Shown here: piece by piece, positions 35,275-44,326 of the stretch
Layout: every line of letters begins with the position of its first letter
Position numbering within the stretch: position 1 is the first letter of the stretch
Virus record (IMG/VR): IMGVR_UViG_3300033074_002135
Location: 6,445-70,444 of that record
Direction: 5' to 3' (one strand)
DNA: 64,000 nucleotides
Source: a virus
Lineage: Duplodnaviria; Caudoviricetes
Translations under genes and position numbers: made by a program
The notes under the pieces: generated by a model
Database searches by the model: none
Seen by the model: only the letters and a program-made list of their open reading frames with translations
Told to the model about the DNA's origin: nothing

Positions 35275-37320
35275 TCAAGTCGCGCGGACGATGAGGACGT
35301 TCTCGCCGATCTCCGCCTGGAAGACGATGGTGTCCGCCGTCGCCAACGTGCGCACCTTCCCGGTGATGATCCAGATGCCTTGCGCCTCGAGCGCGGGGCT
35401 GTTCGCGCTGGTGTCGACCGAGAAGTCCGCGATTCGCTGCGCACGCGGGTTGTCCGCGCTGAGCAGCTCTTCGAGGAAGGCGACGACCTCGGCGACCGTG
35501 CCGTCCTTGAAGTCGTTAGTGATCGGCAGCTTGCTGAACTCCACCAGGCGGTTCGCCACCGAGTCCTGAATGAAGTCGGCCATCCGGCGGCGGTTGATGT
35601 TCTTCCTCCCCTCCGTCAGAGCCGTGGTGATCCCCGACTGAATGATCGCCCCGGTTCGCCGGTCGATGCGAAGGCCGGCGATGCCGCTGGCCTTCATCGC
35701 GATGTAGTCGCCCATCCCGAGCCCGACGACGCCCCGCTGGATCCCGAGCACCGACGCGAGCACCTGCGGCACCGGCGCGGCCGCCTGCCCAGGGTTGCGC
35801 TCGGGAGGCAGGTTCGACAGGAGCGAGACCATGTACGCATTGAACGCCTCGTCGAGCAGGCCCTCGCTGGTCGTGTCGCCGTCTGCGGTCGGGAGCAGCA
35901 CGCCGTTGGCCTCGGGGACCTGCGTCACCGCGCCGGGCCACGTGTAGATGATCCGTTCGTCCCGGTTCGCCCCCACACCCGGCGCCGCGTCTGCGCGCGC
36001 AGCCGTAACGGTGAGCGTGGTGACGGGCGGCGAGATCACCCCGATGCGGCCGAGCCCAAGCGCCGAGGCGTTGAGCACGTGCGCGCGCACCTTCGCGTTG
36101 GTTCCCGTGCTGTGGCGGCACGAAGCGACGATGTTGACGTCGCGTGCGGGCAGGTCCTCGGTGATCAGAGCGTCGAACGCAGTCGCGTAGAGCGTGTCGA
36201 GCGTCACGCTGCTTGCGGGGTTGATCCCCTGCGTGGCAGCCGTGAAGTCGGTCGCCGTCACGGGGTGGAGTGCACCCCCCAGCCCCGCCAGCACGTCGGG
36301 CGAGAAGAAGTCGTCGGATGGAACCAGCGCGGGCGCCAGCAAGCCGCCCGCCGCGTGCGTGCCCGTCACCTGTGCGCCCGACGCGTTGGTCATCGGACGC
36401 ACCGGCACCACGTAGCCGCCCGCGGACGCGAACGCGTAGCCACCGGAGGTCACCGCCCCGATCACGCGCTCCGGCGCCGAGTCGGCGTCGGTGCTGAAGT
36501 GCAAGCGCCACGGCACGGGGCTGCTGCCGATCCACGCGAAGTTCGCCCCGTCGAGGCGCTGAACCGTGATCGCGTTGCCCGTGCCAGGCGTGGCCGACAC
36601 CCGATAGGTGCCCGCGTCTTCACCGTTGGCGGCAGCCTCCGCGTTGTTCAGGACGAGGATGTCTCCCACGCGGGCGCCGAGCGTACCGTCTCCGCGATCG
36701 ATCGTGCTCCAGTCGAAGCCCACGTCGGCATCGAAGACCTGCGTGGCGGCCGAGGCGCCGACGTTGGTTGCGCCGCCGACGCCCGTCGCAATCGGTGCGC
36801 GCGCGGTGAACTCGAGCCGCTTCCCGATCTTGATTCGCGCTGCGCCGACGCGGAACTCCCGCCCCGCTTCGACGCGCCCACCGGAGACGGGCACGACCGG
36901 CGTGGGATCGGTCGGTGCGGTGCAGAGCGGTAGGCTGCGGAAGAAGCGCGCGCCTTGCGGCGAGCACAGGTTCACCGGCACGACCACGAGGCGGGCGAAG
37001 CTCTTGCCACTGAGCTTGGCGTACCCGTTGCCCTCGCCGCGACCGAAGTCGCCGAGAGTGGGGTCGAAACCGCCGACCTTGTCGATCAGATCCCGCGACG
37101 AGAAGATCTCCTGCGGCACGTGGCGCGTGGAGATCACACCCGCGTTGTCGAACGTGGTCGCGTGCGTCATGTCGGCGAACTCGCCGACGAACGCCGCGAC
37201 GCCGGTTCCGACTCCCGCGATGGAGCCGGGCGGCGGAGCGTCCACGATGACGACACCCTCGATCTGCCTGAGCGTTTCTACTCCGGGATAGAACCCGTAA
37301 CGACGAATGAATCCGGCCAT
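35275..37320 (-). CDS. Tail sheath protein (681 aa)
   Basis: PGVETL..IEGVVIVD..GVGTGVAAFVGE N-terminus; NINRRRMADFI..FSKLP C-terminus. Confidence 0.92.
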   Translation of the reverse strand: MAGFIRRYGFYPGVETLRQIEGVVIVDAPPPGSIAGVGTGVAAFVGEFADMTHATTFDNAGVISTRHVPQEIFSSRDLIDKVGGFDPTLGDFGRGEGNGYAKLSGKSFARLVVVPVNLCSPQGARFFRSLPLCTAPTDPTPVVPVSGGRVEAGREFRVGAARIKIGKRLEFTARAPIATGVGGATNVGASAATQVFDADVGFDWSTIDRGDGTLGARVGDILVLNNAEAAANGEDAGTYRVSATPGTGNAITVQRLDGANFAWIGSSPVPWRLHFSTDADSAPERVIGAVTSGGYAFASAGGYVVPVRPMTNASGAQVTGTHAAGGLLAPALVPSDDFFSPDVLAGLGGALHPVTATDFTAATQGINPASSVTLDTLYATAFDALITEDLPARDVNIVASCRHSTGTNAKVRAHVLNASALGLGRIGVISPPVTTLTVTAARADAAPGVGANRDERIIYTWPGAVTQVPEANGVLLPTADGDTTSEGLLDEAFNAYMVSLLSNLPPERNPGQAAAPVPQVLASVLGIQRGVVGLGMGDYIAMKASGIAGLRIDRRTGAIIQSGITTALTEGRKNINRRRMADFIQDSVANRLVEFSKLPITNDFKDGTVAEVVAFLEELLSADNPRAQRIADFSVDTSANSPALEAQGIWIITGKVRTLATADTIVFQAEIGENVLIVRAT

Positions 37321-37366
37321 GACTGCCTCCGCTGTCTCTGGTGAGACGGTACCTGATGCGTGCCCC

Positions 37367-38044
37367 TCAGTCCACGTCGGCCGTGGACGACACCTCGACG
37401 AGATCGAGCCGCGGCTTCAGCGTCGGAATCTCCCCGGCGCGGCGAACCACCGTCGTAGTGGCGCTCACGGTCATCGACCCCTTCCAGATCCGCCGCTGCA
37501 CATCCGGCGGGCTGTCCTCGTATGAGCTCGAGATCCGCTCGAACGTCGCGCGCGCGTTGTGGTAGAAGGGCAGCTCGATCCGCACCCCGCTCATGAAGTC
37601 GACCGGCTCGAGCGCGTCCTCGAGCATCGCCATCAGGACGGCGCGCTCATGCTGGTCGTTCGTCCAGAAGTCGATCGCGGCGTCAAGGCGGTACTCGGCG
37701 GTGAGCCTGAGCGCGCGGCGCGTGCCGTCATCCAAGTAGAACGTCTTAGGCGCGAGCGCGGTCGAATCGTAGGTGCCGGGACCGAGCGCATACACGGCGG
37801 CTCCGGGGAACTCGACGCGCTGCTCGAGGTCTGCGAACGTCTCGACCACGCGCTTGAAGCCGAACGCCTTACCAGTCGCGGCGATCTCCAACTGCGTCAG
37901 GTACTCCGCAAGACCGCGCGTGAGCGCTGAGCGCACGTCCGACTCCCGCGACCAAGACCACACCTGCCGGTCGTCCGGCCGTGTCACCGGGCGCGCAAGC
38001 CCCGAACGCAGCGCGATCCGGGTCATCATCGGTTCGGTGGTCAT
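37367..38044 (-). CDS. Tail terminator/completion protein
   Basis: Position between neck genes and sheath; FPGAAVY..IDFWT. Confidence 0.65.
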   Translation of the reverse strand: MTTEPMMTRIALRSGLARPVTRPDDRQVWSWSRESDVRSALTRGLAEYLTQLEIAATGKAFGFKRVVETFADLEQRVEFPGAAVYALGPGTYDSTALAPKTFYLDDGTRRALRLTAEYRLDAAIDFWTNDQHERAVLMAMLEDALEPVDFMSGVRIELPFYHNARATFERISSSYEDSPPDVQRRIWKGSMTVSATTTVVRRAGEIPTLKPRLDLVEVSSTADVD

Positions 38045-38523
38045 CGAGCCCTCCTGTGCGCCTTCTGCATCGCCGCGTTGACGTGCTTCGCGAGGATGGA
38101 ACGCGCACGGCGCTGGAAAGTCGGCTGCGTGATCACACGACGAGGCTTGATTCCACGCCGAGCGATGGCTCGAGCGATCGGCCACGCGGCAGACGCAGGA
38201 AGCCCTTTGCGAAGCACCCACGGAAGGATGGCTTCACGCGGAGGCATACGCGCTCCAGCGCGACGGCCGCCCTCGACGAAGGGAGCGTGCTTGGTCGTGT
38301 TGTAGAGCGTGACCGAGTTCGCGCCCTTCGGGACGGCCCGCAGCCCAGCGTGAAAGCGGCCGAGGTCATAGATCTTCTTCCTGAGCGCGAGCCGGCGAGC
38401 TTCGGCTTGGATCTCTGCCGCAGCCTTCGTGACCGCCGAACTCAGCACCGACGCGAACTGCGTCCCCAGCCGTCGCTCGTACTTCCCGAGCTTGCGCATG
38501 TCGGTCTTGAGATTGATCGCCAT
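38041..38523 (-). CDS. HK97 gp10-like neck/tail completion protein
   Basis: HAPFVEGGRRAGARMPP..ILPWV..KG..IARRGIKPR. Confidence 0.8.
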   Translation of the reverse strand: MAINLKTDMRKLGKYERRLGTQFASVLSSAVTKAAAEIQAEARRLALRKKIYDLGRFHAGLRAVPKGANSVTLYNTTKHAPFVEGGRRAGARMPPREAILPWVLRKGLPASAAWPIARAIARRGIKPRRVITQPTFQRRARSILAKHVNAAMQKAHRRAR

Positions 38524-38527
38524 GGAC

Positions 38528-39076
38528 TCACCCAGGGTCTCCGTACTCGTTGCGATCGCTATACGCGCGCACGACCGTGACTGACCACTCGACCGAGTCG
38601 GGCTTGAACGCAGGTACGCCGCTCACGGCGAAGCGGCGGCGTGGAGCTCCCTGCCGGGTCTGTTGAATCTCGTAGTAGAACTGCTCGTTGTCCGCGAGCT
38701 GCCCGCCTGAGAGCAGGTCCTCGGTGTAACGCGCAGAGATCTCAGAGATCTGAAGCGTGCCCTCTTCCACCTGACCGATATGCATCATGCGCGCTGCGAG
38801 CGCGCTCAGATCTGCCACCTTCGGGACGGGCAGCAGCAGCTCGGTCTTGGTGACCTCTTCGACGCCTTCGCCGCGCCGAGCTCCCGACCAACGCGTCCAC
38901 ACGAGCCGCACCGTGTACCCGCGCAAGCCGAGGCACGCGTGGATGTCACGTGCCTGGTCGACGAGCGGGATGAGGCTCGAGAAGAAGGGGTTTCCTCCAG
39001 GGATCGTGAAGGAGTCGGCGCGGCAAGTGCAGCCGCTCGTCGCTCCGCACGAGCTGCAGCAGCGCTTGCCGGTCAT
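38528..39076 (-). CDS. Head-closure/stopper-like protein with Cys-rich N-terminus
   Basis: Neck-gene position; CCSSC..CTC N-terminus. Confidence 0.6.
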   Translation of the reverse strand: MTGKRCCSSCGATSGCTCRADSFTIPGGNPFFSSLIPLVDQARDIHACLGLRGYTVRLVWTRWSGARRGEGVEEVTKTELLLPVPKVADLSALAARMMHIGQVEEGTLQISEISARYTEDLLSGGQLADNEQFYYEIQQTRQGAPRRRFAVSGVPAFKPDSVEWSVTVVRAYSDRNEYGDPG

Positions 39077-39510
39077 CACCGCACCGTGACGTTGCGCACG
39101 CCTGTCCGCGCGTTGAACCGATCGCTGTACGCGTACAGCGGAACACCGAGTACGTCCGCGAGGCGCTTCGCCCACCGAACGTACTCACGCTCGAGCAGGT
39201 CCGGGTGCGTCTGCCCCGCCTCTGCCCCGCGCATCTTCACGTTCCCGACCGACTCGACCCCGAGCTGGCAGGCGGCGGCTTCGAGCTTCGCCTCGAGATC
39301 GTCGAGCGTACATAGCAGCTTCCGTACGCGCTCGAGCGCGTACGGGTTGGTGAGCATCGTCTGAATCGCCGACTCGAGCAGGAACATCGTCTGAGCCGGT
39401 CGCGGCATGCCGAACGACAGAGACGCAGCGGCGTGATCGCCACCGAACGACGTGCCCATGTACCCCAGGTGGTACCGGACTCGCTCCTTCTCCGCATCCG
39501 TCAACGGCAT
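39076..39510 (-). CDS. Head-tail connector protein
   Basis: MPLTDAEKERVRYHLGY; position after capsid. Confidence 0.7.
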   Translation of the reverse strand: MPLTDAEKERVRYHLGYMGTSFGGDHAAASLSFGMPRPAQTMFLLESAIQTMLTNPYALERVRKLLCTLDDLEAKLEAAACQLGVESVGNVKMRGAEAGQTHPDLLEREYVRWAKRLADVLGVPLYAYSDRFNARTGVRNVTVR

Positions 39511-39529
39511 GTCGCGACCTCCTCAGCCC

Positions 39530-39967
39530 TCAGTCTGCCACCTGCTGCAGCTTCACGCCGGCCTTCTGGAGCCGCGCGATGCCGTCGAGCCCCCCGTACC
39601 GCGACGCGTGGACCCGCTGCCCCTTGCGGAGCCTGATGGTCTGCGGGCCCCACGAGACGCGGCGATCCTCCAGAACCTCGAAGAGAGGGTCCGGAGGCGG
39701 CGGCGGCGCAACGGGGAGCGGGGGCTCCTCGTGGGGGGCATCACTCGAAGCCCCGCGCCCTCCGTTGCTCTTCTCGCTCTGCGGCGGCGAGGCGCCTTCC
39801 TCGGGCGGGGCGGCAGCCTGCGGAGCCGCGCCCTCGAGCGCCGCCTCGGCGTCGAGCTCGCTGTCGAACAGCCCCTCGAGCGGCTCGAGCCCGGCCTGCG
39901 CCGCCTCACCTGCGGGTGCTGCCACCTTGAGGCTTGCGAGCGGATCTTTGGTCGATTTCGTCTTCAT
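39530..39967 (-). CDS. Hypothetical protein, Pro/acidic linker plus small C-terminal domain
   Basis: GGAGG RBS before ATG 39967. Confidence 0.7.
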   Translation of the reverse strand: MKTKSTKDPLASLKVAAPAGEAAQAGLEPLEGLFDSELDAEAALEGAAPQAAAPPEEGASPPQSEKSNGGRGASSDAPHEEPPLPVAPPPPPDPLFEVLEDRRVSWGPQTIRLRKGQRVHASRYGGLDGIARLQKAGVKLQQVAD

Positions 39968-40041
39968 GTCTCGGTCCTCCAAGCGAAAGGCGGTGCAGGA
40001 AAGAATCCGGCACCGCCCCATCTAGAGTGCGCGCTGCGAGA

Positions 40042-41445
40042 TCACTCGCAGTGCTCGATCACCATCGCGCGCTTGTAGCGCGAGTTGTCGCCCGTCGCCG
40101 CGTCGGTGCGCACCGGCCAGTCGCCGATGAACTTCCACGAGGTCGCGACCTGATCCTGAAGACGGTTCAGCGGGCCACGGATGATCATCTGGATTCGATC
40201 GCTCGAAACCTCGATCCCGTTGTTGACGATGCGCGGGTCGGCGACCGCGCCGGTGATGCCGGCCTCGGTGATGAGCGCGTCGAGGTTCTGGTGGTACTCC
40301 ATCACGCCGCCCTGCGCCGTGAAGAGCATCCGGTGAACCGGGCCGCCCGAGGTGACGCCGCCGATGTAGAGCTCGCCGGGGAACGGGTCGCGGTCGTCGT
40401 AGGTCGCCGTGAGGCCGCCCACGACCGTGCTCGGAACCGGGCACTCCGAGTTGCGGAGGAACACGGTGGAGAGCATCTCGCCGATCGCGAACTGCTTGTA
40501 GACGTAGTAATCCGGCAGCGCCGTGAGGAGCCGCTGAAACTCGTCGTCGTTGAAGATCTTGGCCTGCGAGACCGGATCGAGGTGGCAGTGGAAGCGCTGG
40601 TCCGGATGCTCCGGAACGTTCTGCTCCCAGAAGTGGGCGATCGCCGTGCGGATGTCCGCGAGCGTCGGGGTGTCGGTGCCGACCGTGAGGTCGTCGACCT
40701 TGTTGCCGCCGCCGACCCGCACGAGGAAGGTACGGTCGACCGCGAGCACGTACGCGCGGTCGAGGACGTTGGTCGTCGCCGCGCCGAGCGTGAGGACGCC
40801 GGGACCGTACTCGTCACCGGGGGTGTCCGGCGTGAAGCCGATCACGGTGTTGGGCGTCGCGACGGCGTTGTCCAACACCGTGATCGCGAGCGGGTTGGAC
40901 GACGAGACGAGGTCGAACCGGACGTTGCTTCCGCCCGAGAGGTTCGCGTTGCGAGCGCGGGTGAAGCCGTTGAGGCGCTTCACGCGCAGCGAGGTGGTGG
41001 CGACCGCCGCGCCGTCCGCCACCGTGTGACCCGAGAGGGCCGAACGGTAGAGGACGTTGCGGACGATGCGGTTGAGCGTCTGCGACGCCTGCATCCCGAG
41101 CTGGTGCGCGTTGCGCATGAAGAGGTCGATGATCGCGGTGATCGACGTCGGCATGTGCGTGTCGATCGTGCCGCTGTACTGGCGGATCTTCGCCTCCCAC
41201 TGCTCGATCGGGTACGACGTCGGCGTCGGGTCGACGCCGGGTGCCGTCGGGCGCGCGTCGACCGGGATGAGGCCGGGCGCGCTGAAGATCATCGTGTCGC
41301 CGACGTTCTGCGGCCACTCCACCGGAGTCGCCTCCGCGCGGAAGAGCTGTCGGGGGAACAGGGCGTCGTGGAACGCGCGCTCGAGCATGCTCTGCTGCAC
41401 GACCGCTCGAACCTGCGGAGTCTGGAGAATGGTGGAGAAGTCCAT
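40042..41445 (-). CDS. Major capsid protein (HK97 fold, N4-gp56-like)
   Basis: QNVGDTMIF, KIRQYSGTID, LGMQASQTLNRIVRN, PLNRLQD..SWKFIG; follows scaffold. Confidence 0.9.
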   Translation of the reverse strand: MDFSTILQTPQVRAVVQQSMLERAFHDALFPRQLFRAEATPVEWPQNVGDTMIFSAPGLIPVDARPTAPGVDPTPTSYPIEQWEAKIRQYSGTIDTHMPTSITAIIDLFMRNAHQLGMQASQTLNRIVRNVLYRSALSGHTVADGAAVATTSLRVKRLNGFTRARNANLSGGSNVRFDLVSSSNPLAITVLDNAVATPNTVIGFTPDTPGDEYGPGVLTLGAATTNVLDRAYVLAVDRTFLVRVGGGNKVDDLTVGTDTPTLADIRTAIAHFWEQNVPEHPDQRFHCHLDPVSQAKIFNDDEFQRLLTALPDYYVYKQFAIGEMLSTVFLRNSECPVPSTVVGGLTATYDDRDPFPGELYIGGVTSGGPVHRMLFTAQGGVMEYHQNLDALITEAGITGAVADPRIVNNGIEVSSDRIQMIIRGPLNRLQDQVATSWKFIGDWPVRTDAATGDNSRYKRAMVIEHCE

Positions 41446-41494
41446 GATCTTTCCTCTTCGAGCGTAGTGCTCAGTCGGGTCTGTTTGTATCACT

Positions 41495-41518
41495 GGGGCT
41501 TGGCAAACGCCAAGCCCC
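41495..41518. other. Perfect 10-bp hairpin between scaffold and capsid genes
   Basis: GGGGCTTGGC-AAAC-GCCAAGCCCC. Confidence 0.6.
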
Positions 41519-41534
41519 TACTGCAGCCACCGGA

Positions 41535-42374
41535 TCAGACCCCCAGCGCGGGGTTCTTGATCTTCAGATCCTTGAGGAGCTTGTCGTACTCTTCGCGGCT
41601 CATCTTCCGAGCGTCGACGAGCTTCGGCGCGGGCGCCGGGTCGTCGCCAGCAGCCGGCTTCGGTGGAGCGCCGTCCCCGTCCGGCTTGGTGCCGGGAGGG
41701 GTCGGGTCCGAGTGGGCCGGGGCTTGCTGGGCGTTGAAGAGATACGGGTGCGTCTTGGCGAGACCCTTGAAGAAGGCGGTTTCGTCGTAGCTCTTGAGCT
41801 CGTCCGGAGACTTCTTCCGCACGTCGCGGCGCAGGAGCTCGACCGCGTAGTCGATGTCGCTGATCCCACACCGCGCTGCCGCAGTACGGAGCTCCATCTC
41901 GACCTCGAGAGCCTCGGCTCGCTGCTCGGCCGCCTTGCGCTTCGCCTCTTCGCGAGCCCGCGCGCGGTTCACGCGACGGAGCTCTTCCAAGTCGGCCCCA
42001 CGGGTCGGCTCGGTGCTGGGAGGGTCGGCGGGCGGGGCCTCGCGTCGTTGGATCTTCTTCACGGGTTTCTTCTTCGCCGCCGCCGTCATCATGTCCTCCA
42101 CGCTCTCGAATCCGAGCTCTTTGGCCTTCGCTTCCATCTCCGCGCGTGCAGCCTTGCGGCCGCGCTCGCGTTCGTCGCGCTTGATGCGCGCCATCGCCGA
42201 CTGCGGAATCGTGAGCACCGCGCCCTGGGGCGGCGGCTCTCCCGACGGGTCAGCCGGAGGCGGCGCGGGAGGCGCCGCGGGAGGCGTCGGTTCGGGGGTG
42301 GGGGTTGCCTGCTGGGGCGGCGGGCTGGGGGGTTGATCCGGGGGCTGCTGCTGTGGGTTGTTGTCGATCTGCAT
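41535..42374 (-). CDS. Capsid scaffolding protein
   Basis: Pro-rich N-terminus, coiled coil, LAKTHPYLF, DARKMSREEYDKL C-terminus; directly upstream of MCP. Confidence 0.85.
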   Translation of the reverse strand: MQIDNNPQQQPPDQPPSPPPQQATPTPEPTPPAAPPAPPPADPSGEPPPQGAVLTIPQSAMARIKRDERERGRKAARAEMEAKAKELGFESVEDMMTAAAKKKPVKKIQRREAPPADPPSTEPTRGADLEELRRVNRARAREEAKRKAAEQRAEALEVEMELRTAAARCGISDIDYAVELLRRDVRKKSPDELKSYDETAFFKGLAKTHPYLFNAQQAPAHSDPTPPGTKPDGDGAPPKPAAGDDPAPAPKLVDARKMSREEYDKLLKDLKIKNPALGV

Positions 42375-42539
42375 CTTGCGTCCCTCTGGGCCTTGCTTGC
42401 GTCTGATCTACCGACTATTCACCGCCGTCGTTTTCGCGTGGCGACGAAGCTGTCGGCTCGTCAGGAGCCTGATGCGTTTGATCGGGTCAGATGAGCTCCC
42501 GGCGAAGCCCGAGATTGGCCCTCTGACCCGATGAGGATC

Positions 42540-43022
42540 TCACTTGAGGCCGGTTGCGGCCAGCTCGGTCGTCACGGCGACCTTCGGGCGCGGCGTGTAC
42601 TCGAGCACGAAGCCCGTAACCGTGTTGGGGAAGGTGATCGTCTTGCCGTCGTCGCTGATGGTCGCGACGCCGACCGCGGCTCCCGCGCCGCCGGGCGGAA
42701 CGATCGGCGTCGCGCCCGTGTCGCCGAGCTGGTAGACGCCGAGGCTGGTCGCCGTGCCCGACGCCGTCACACGAAGCGCGAGACACGAGCCGATCGCCGG
42801 AAGGTTCTCGCCGTCCTCGAGAGCGTCGATTCCCGCGATGGTCGCGGCCGCCTTGACCGCGGCGCTGGTGATGTCGACCGCCGCCGCGGCCCCGAGGCCG
42901 GTGACGGTGACCTTGATCGGAGCGAAGAGCTTGCCGAGCCCGAGCAGACGCAGCGCGTCCGCGAGGGTGTTGGGGTCGGCCTTCTCGAGAACCTGCTGAA
43001 CGGTCTGGGGCTTGGTGGTCAT
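42540..43022 (-). CDS. Putative head decoration protein (160 aa)
   Basis: Ala/Gly/Thr-rich beta protein in head module. Confidence 0.5.
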   Translation of the reverse strand: MTTKPQTVQQVLEKADPNTLADALRLLGLGKLFAPIKVTVTGLGAAAAVDITSAAVKAAATIAGIDALEDGENLPAIGSCLALRVTASGTATSLGVYQLGDTGATPIVPPGGAGAAVGVATISDDGKTITFPNTVTGFVLEYTPRPKVAVTTELAATGLK

Positions 43023-43032
43023 GATCTTCCTC

Positions 43033-43401
43033 TCAGGATTCGCCCAAGAAAACTTGGACTCTGGTGCTTGTCGATGGGGTGCGTGTCAGATCAATCGCCG
43101 ACACCTCGGTCCCGCGATTGACCAGAACGAAGAGCGAGTCTACCGGAACTGCCTGGGTGGCACCATCGGCGCTCGTGAGCCGGACGCGGACCTTCCCACC
43201 GGTCACCTTGATCACGACGACGCCCGCGGCGGTGAGCCCGCCGAAGTCGACGTCCACCGGCGCATCGGCGCCGAGCGTGTACGTCGCGAGCTTGTATTCG
43301 CTCAGCGCCAAGAGCTCACCGATGACCTCACCAACGTCGGCACCGTCGCCTTCGAGCGGCGTGACGGAGAGAGCACCAGTGAGCCCGAAGCGCATCGTCA
43401 T
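43033..43401 (-). CDS. Hypothetical virion protein (122 aa)
   Basis: beta-rich ORF in head module. Confidence 0.65.
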   Translation of the reverse strand: MTMRFGLTGALSVTPLEGDGADVGEVIGELLALSEYKLATYTLGADAPVDVDFGGLTAAGVVVIKVTGGKVRVRLTSADGATQAVPVDSLFVLVNRGTEVSAIDLTRTPSTSTRVQVFLGES

Positions 43402-43402
43402 G

Positions 43403-43603
43403 TCAGCGACCGCCGCTCGCGCGCGTCTTGATCGTCATCTTCGAGGCGCACGGGACCATCGGGAAGGAGACGGTCGCGAGCTTCTCGGAGAGCGCGCCCT
43501 CCGACGCCTCGTCGCGGTACGTCCCGGTGAGGGAGTCGACCGCGGCCTGCGGGTTCTGGAACGCGCGGTCGGCGCCGACCTTGTCCATCTGGGGCTTGCT
43601 CAT
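43403..43603 (-). CDS. Hypothetical protein (66 aa)
   Basis: AGGAG RBS. Confidence 0.65.
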   Translation of the reverse strand: MSKPQMDKVGADRAFQNPQAAVDSLTGTYRDEASEGALSEKLATVSFPMVPCASKMTIKTRASGGR

Positions 43604-43708
43604 TGTGATCTCCTGGGAGCGGGTGTAGCGCTGTCTCTCCAGCAGTCACGCCTGGCCCGGCGTTCGGGATCATAGGCCCAAGCTCACCCGAGGGTGCGGC
43701 TAGGAGTC

Positions 43709-43876
43709 CTATCGCTTGCGGAACGAGAGCGAAGTGCCGCAGTGACACTTCAGCGTCGCGCTCTTGACGGCCGGCGGATTGGCCGTGTAGCGGCCGTGCT
43801 TCTGATCGTAGACCTGCGTCACGCACGGGACCGCCGTGCCGACCTTCGAGGCGAGTTCGTTGATGGGGGGATTCAT
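43709..43876 (-). CDS. Hypothetical protein (55 aa, MNPPINELASK...KCHCGTSLSFRKR); not in ORF track
   Basis: AGAGGAG RBS before ATG 43876; TAG at 43709. Confidence 0.65.
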   Translation of the reverse strand: MNPPINELASKVGTAVPCVTQVYDQKHGRYTANPPAVKSATLKCHCGTSLSFRKR

Positions 43877-43891
43877 GAAGGGCTCCTCTTC

Positions 43892-44107
43892 TCAGCGCCC
43901 GCGACGAACGGACGCGAACGGGCTGGGGCCGATCGGACGCTTCGACCCGGCGACGTGCTTCGACGCCTCGGGGTCGACGTAGCCGTTGGGCTGCGCCGCG
44001 GGGTCGGTGTTGTCGCCGACGAAGCCCGCCGGAACCGTCCCCTTGGTCTCGGCGATCGACCGCAGCGTGCGCGGCTGGCTGGGCGGCTTGGGGCCTCGGT
44101 ACGACAT
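43892..44107 (-). CDS. Pro-rich hypothetical protein (71 aa)
   Basis: GGAGG RBS; TGATG coupling. Confidence 0.6.
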   Translation of the reverse strand: MSYRGPKPPSQPRTLRSIAETKGTVPAGFVGDNTDPAAQPNGYVDPEASKHVAGSKRPIGPSPFASVRRGR

Positions 44108-44289
44108 CACTTCCTCCGGATCTTCAGTGGCACATAGCCAGCGCGAGGGTTCTCGACGAAGGCGTCGGGAGCGGGCGCTTCGGCGAAGCCGAGATCGCCT
44201 TTGCTCCGAGAGAACGAGAACGACGGCGCCGGATCTACCACGCGGGTGAGATCCGGCCGCTCGAACGTCTCTGGTGCTTCCTTCGCCAT
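44107..44289 (-). CDS. Hypothetical protein (60 aa)
   Basis: ATG 44289; stop overlaps next start. Confidence 0.55.
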   Translation of the reverse strand: MAKEAPETFERPDLTRVVDPAPSFSFSRSKGDLGFAEAPAPDAFVENPRAGYVPLKIRRK

Positions 44290-44326
44290 CCAACTCGATA
44301 CTACAGCGCAGCACGCGCTGCGGCAA

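Noticed and set aside
22982-37320. Interpretation as a tailocin or eCIS
   Set aside because: Terminase, portal, scaffold and capsid genes are present, so it is a DNA-packaging phage
39934-41790. Long antisense ORFs (39934..41790 +, 49474..51285 +, 35260..36933 +, 31218..32867 +, 29593..31053 + and similar)
   Set aside because: Shadow ORFs expected opposite GC3-biased genes in ~70% GC DNA; no RBS or recognisable motifs
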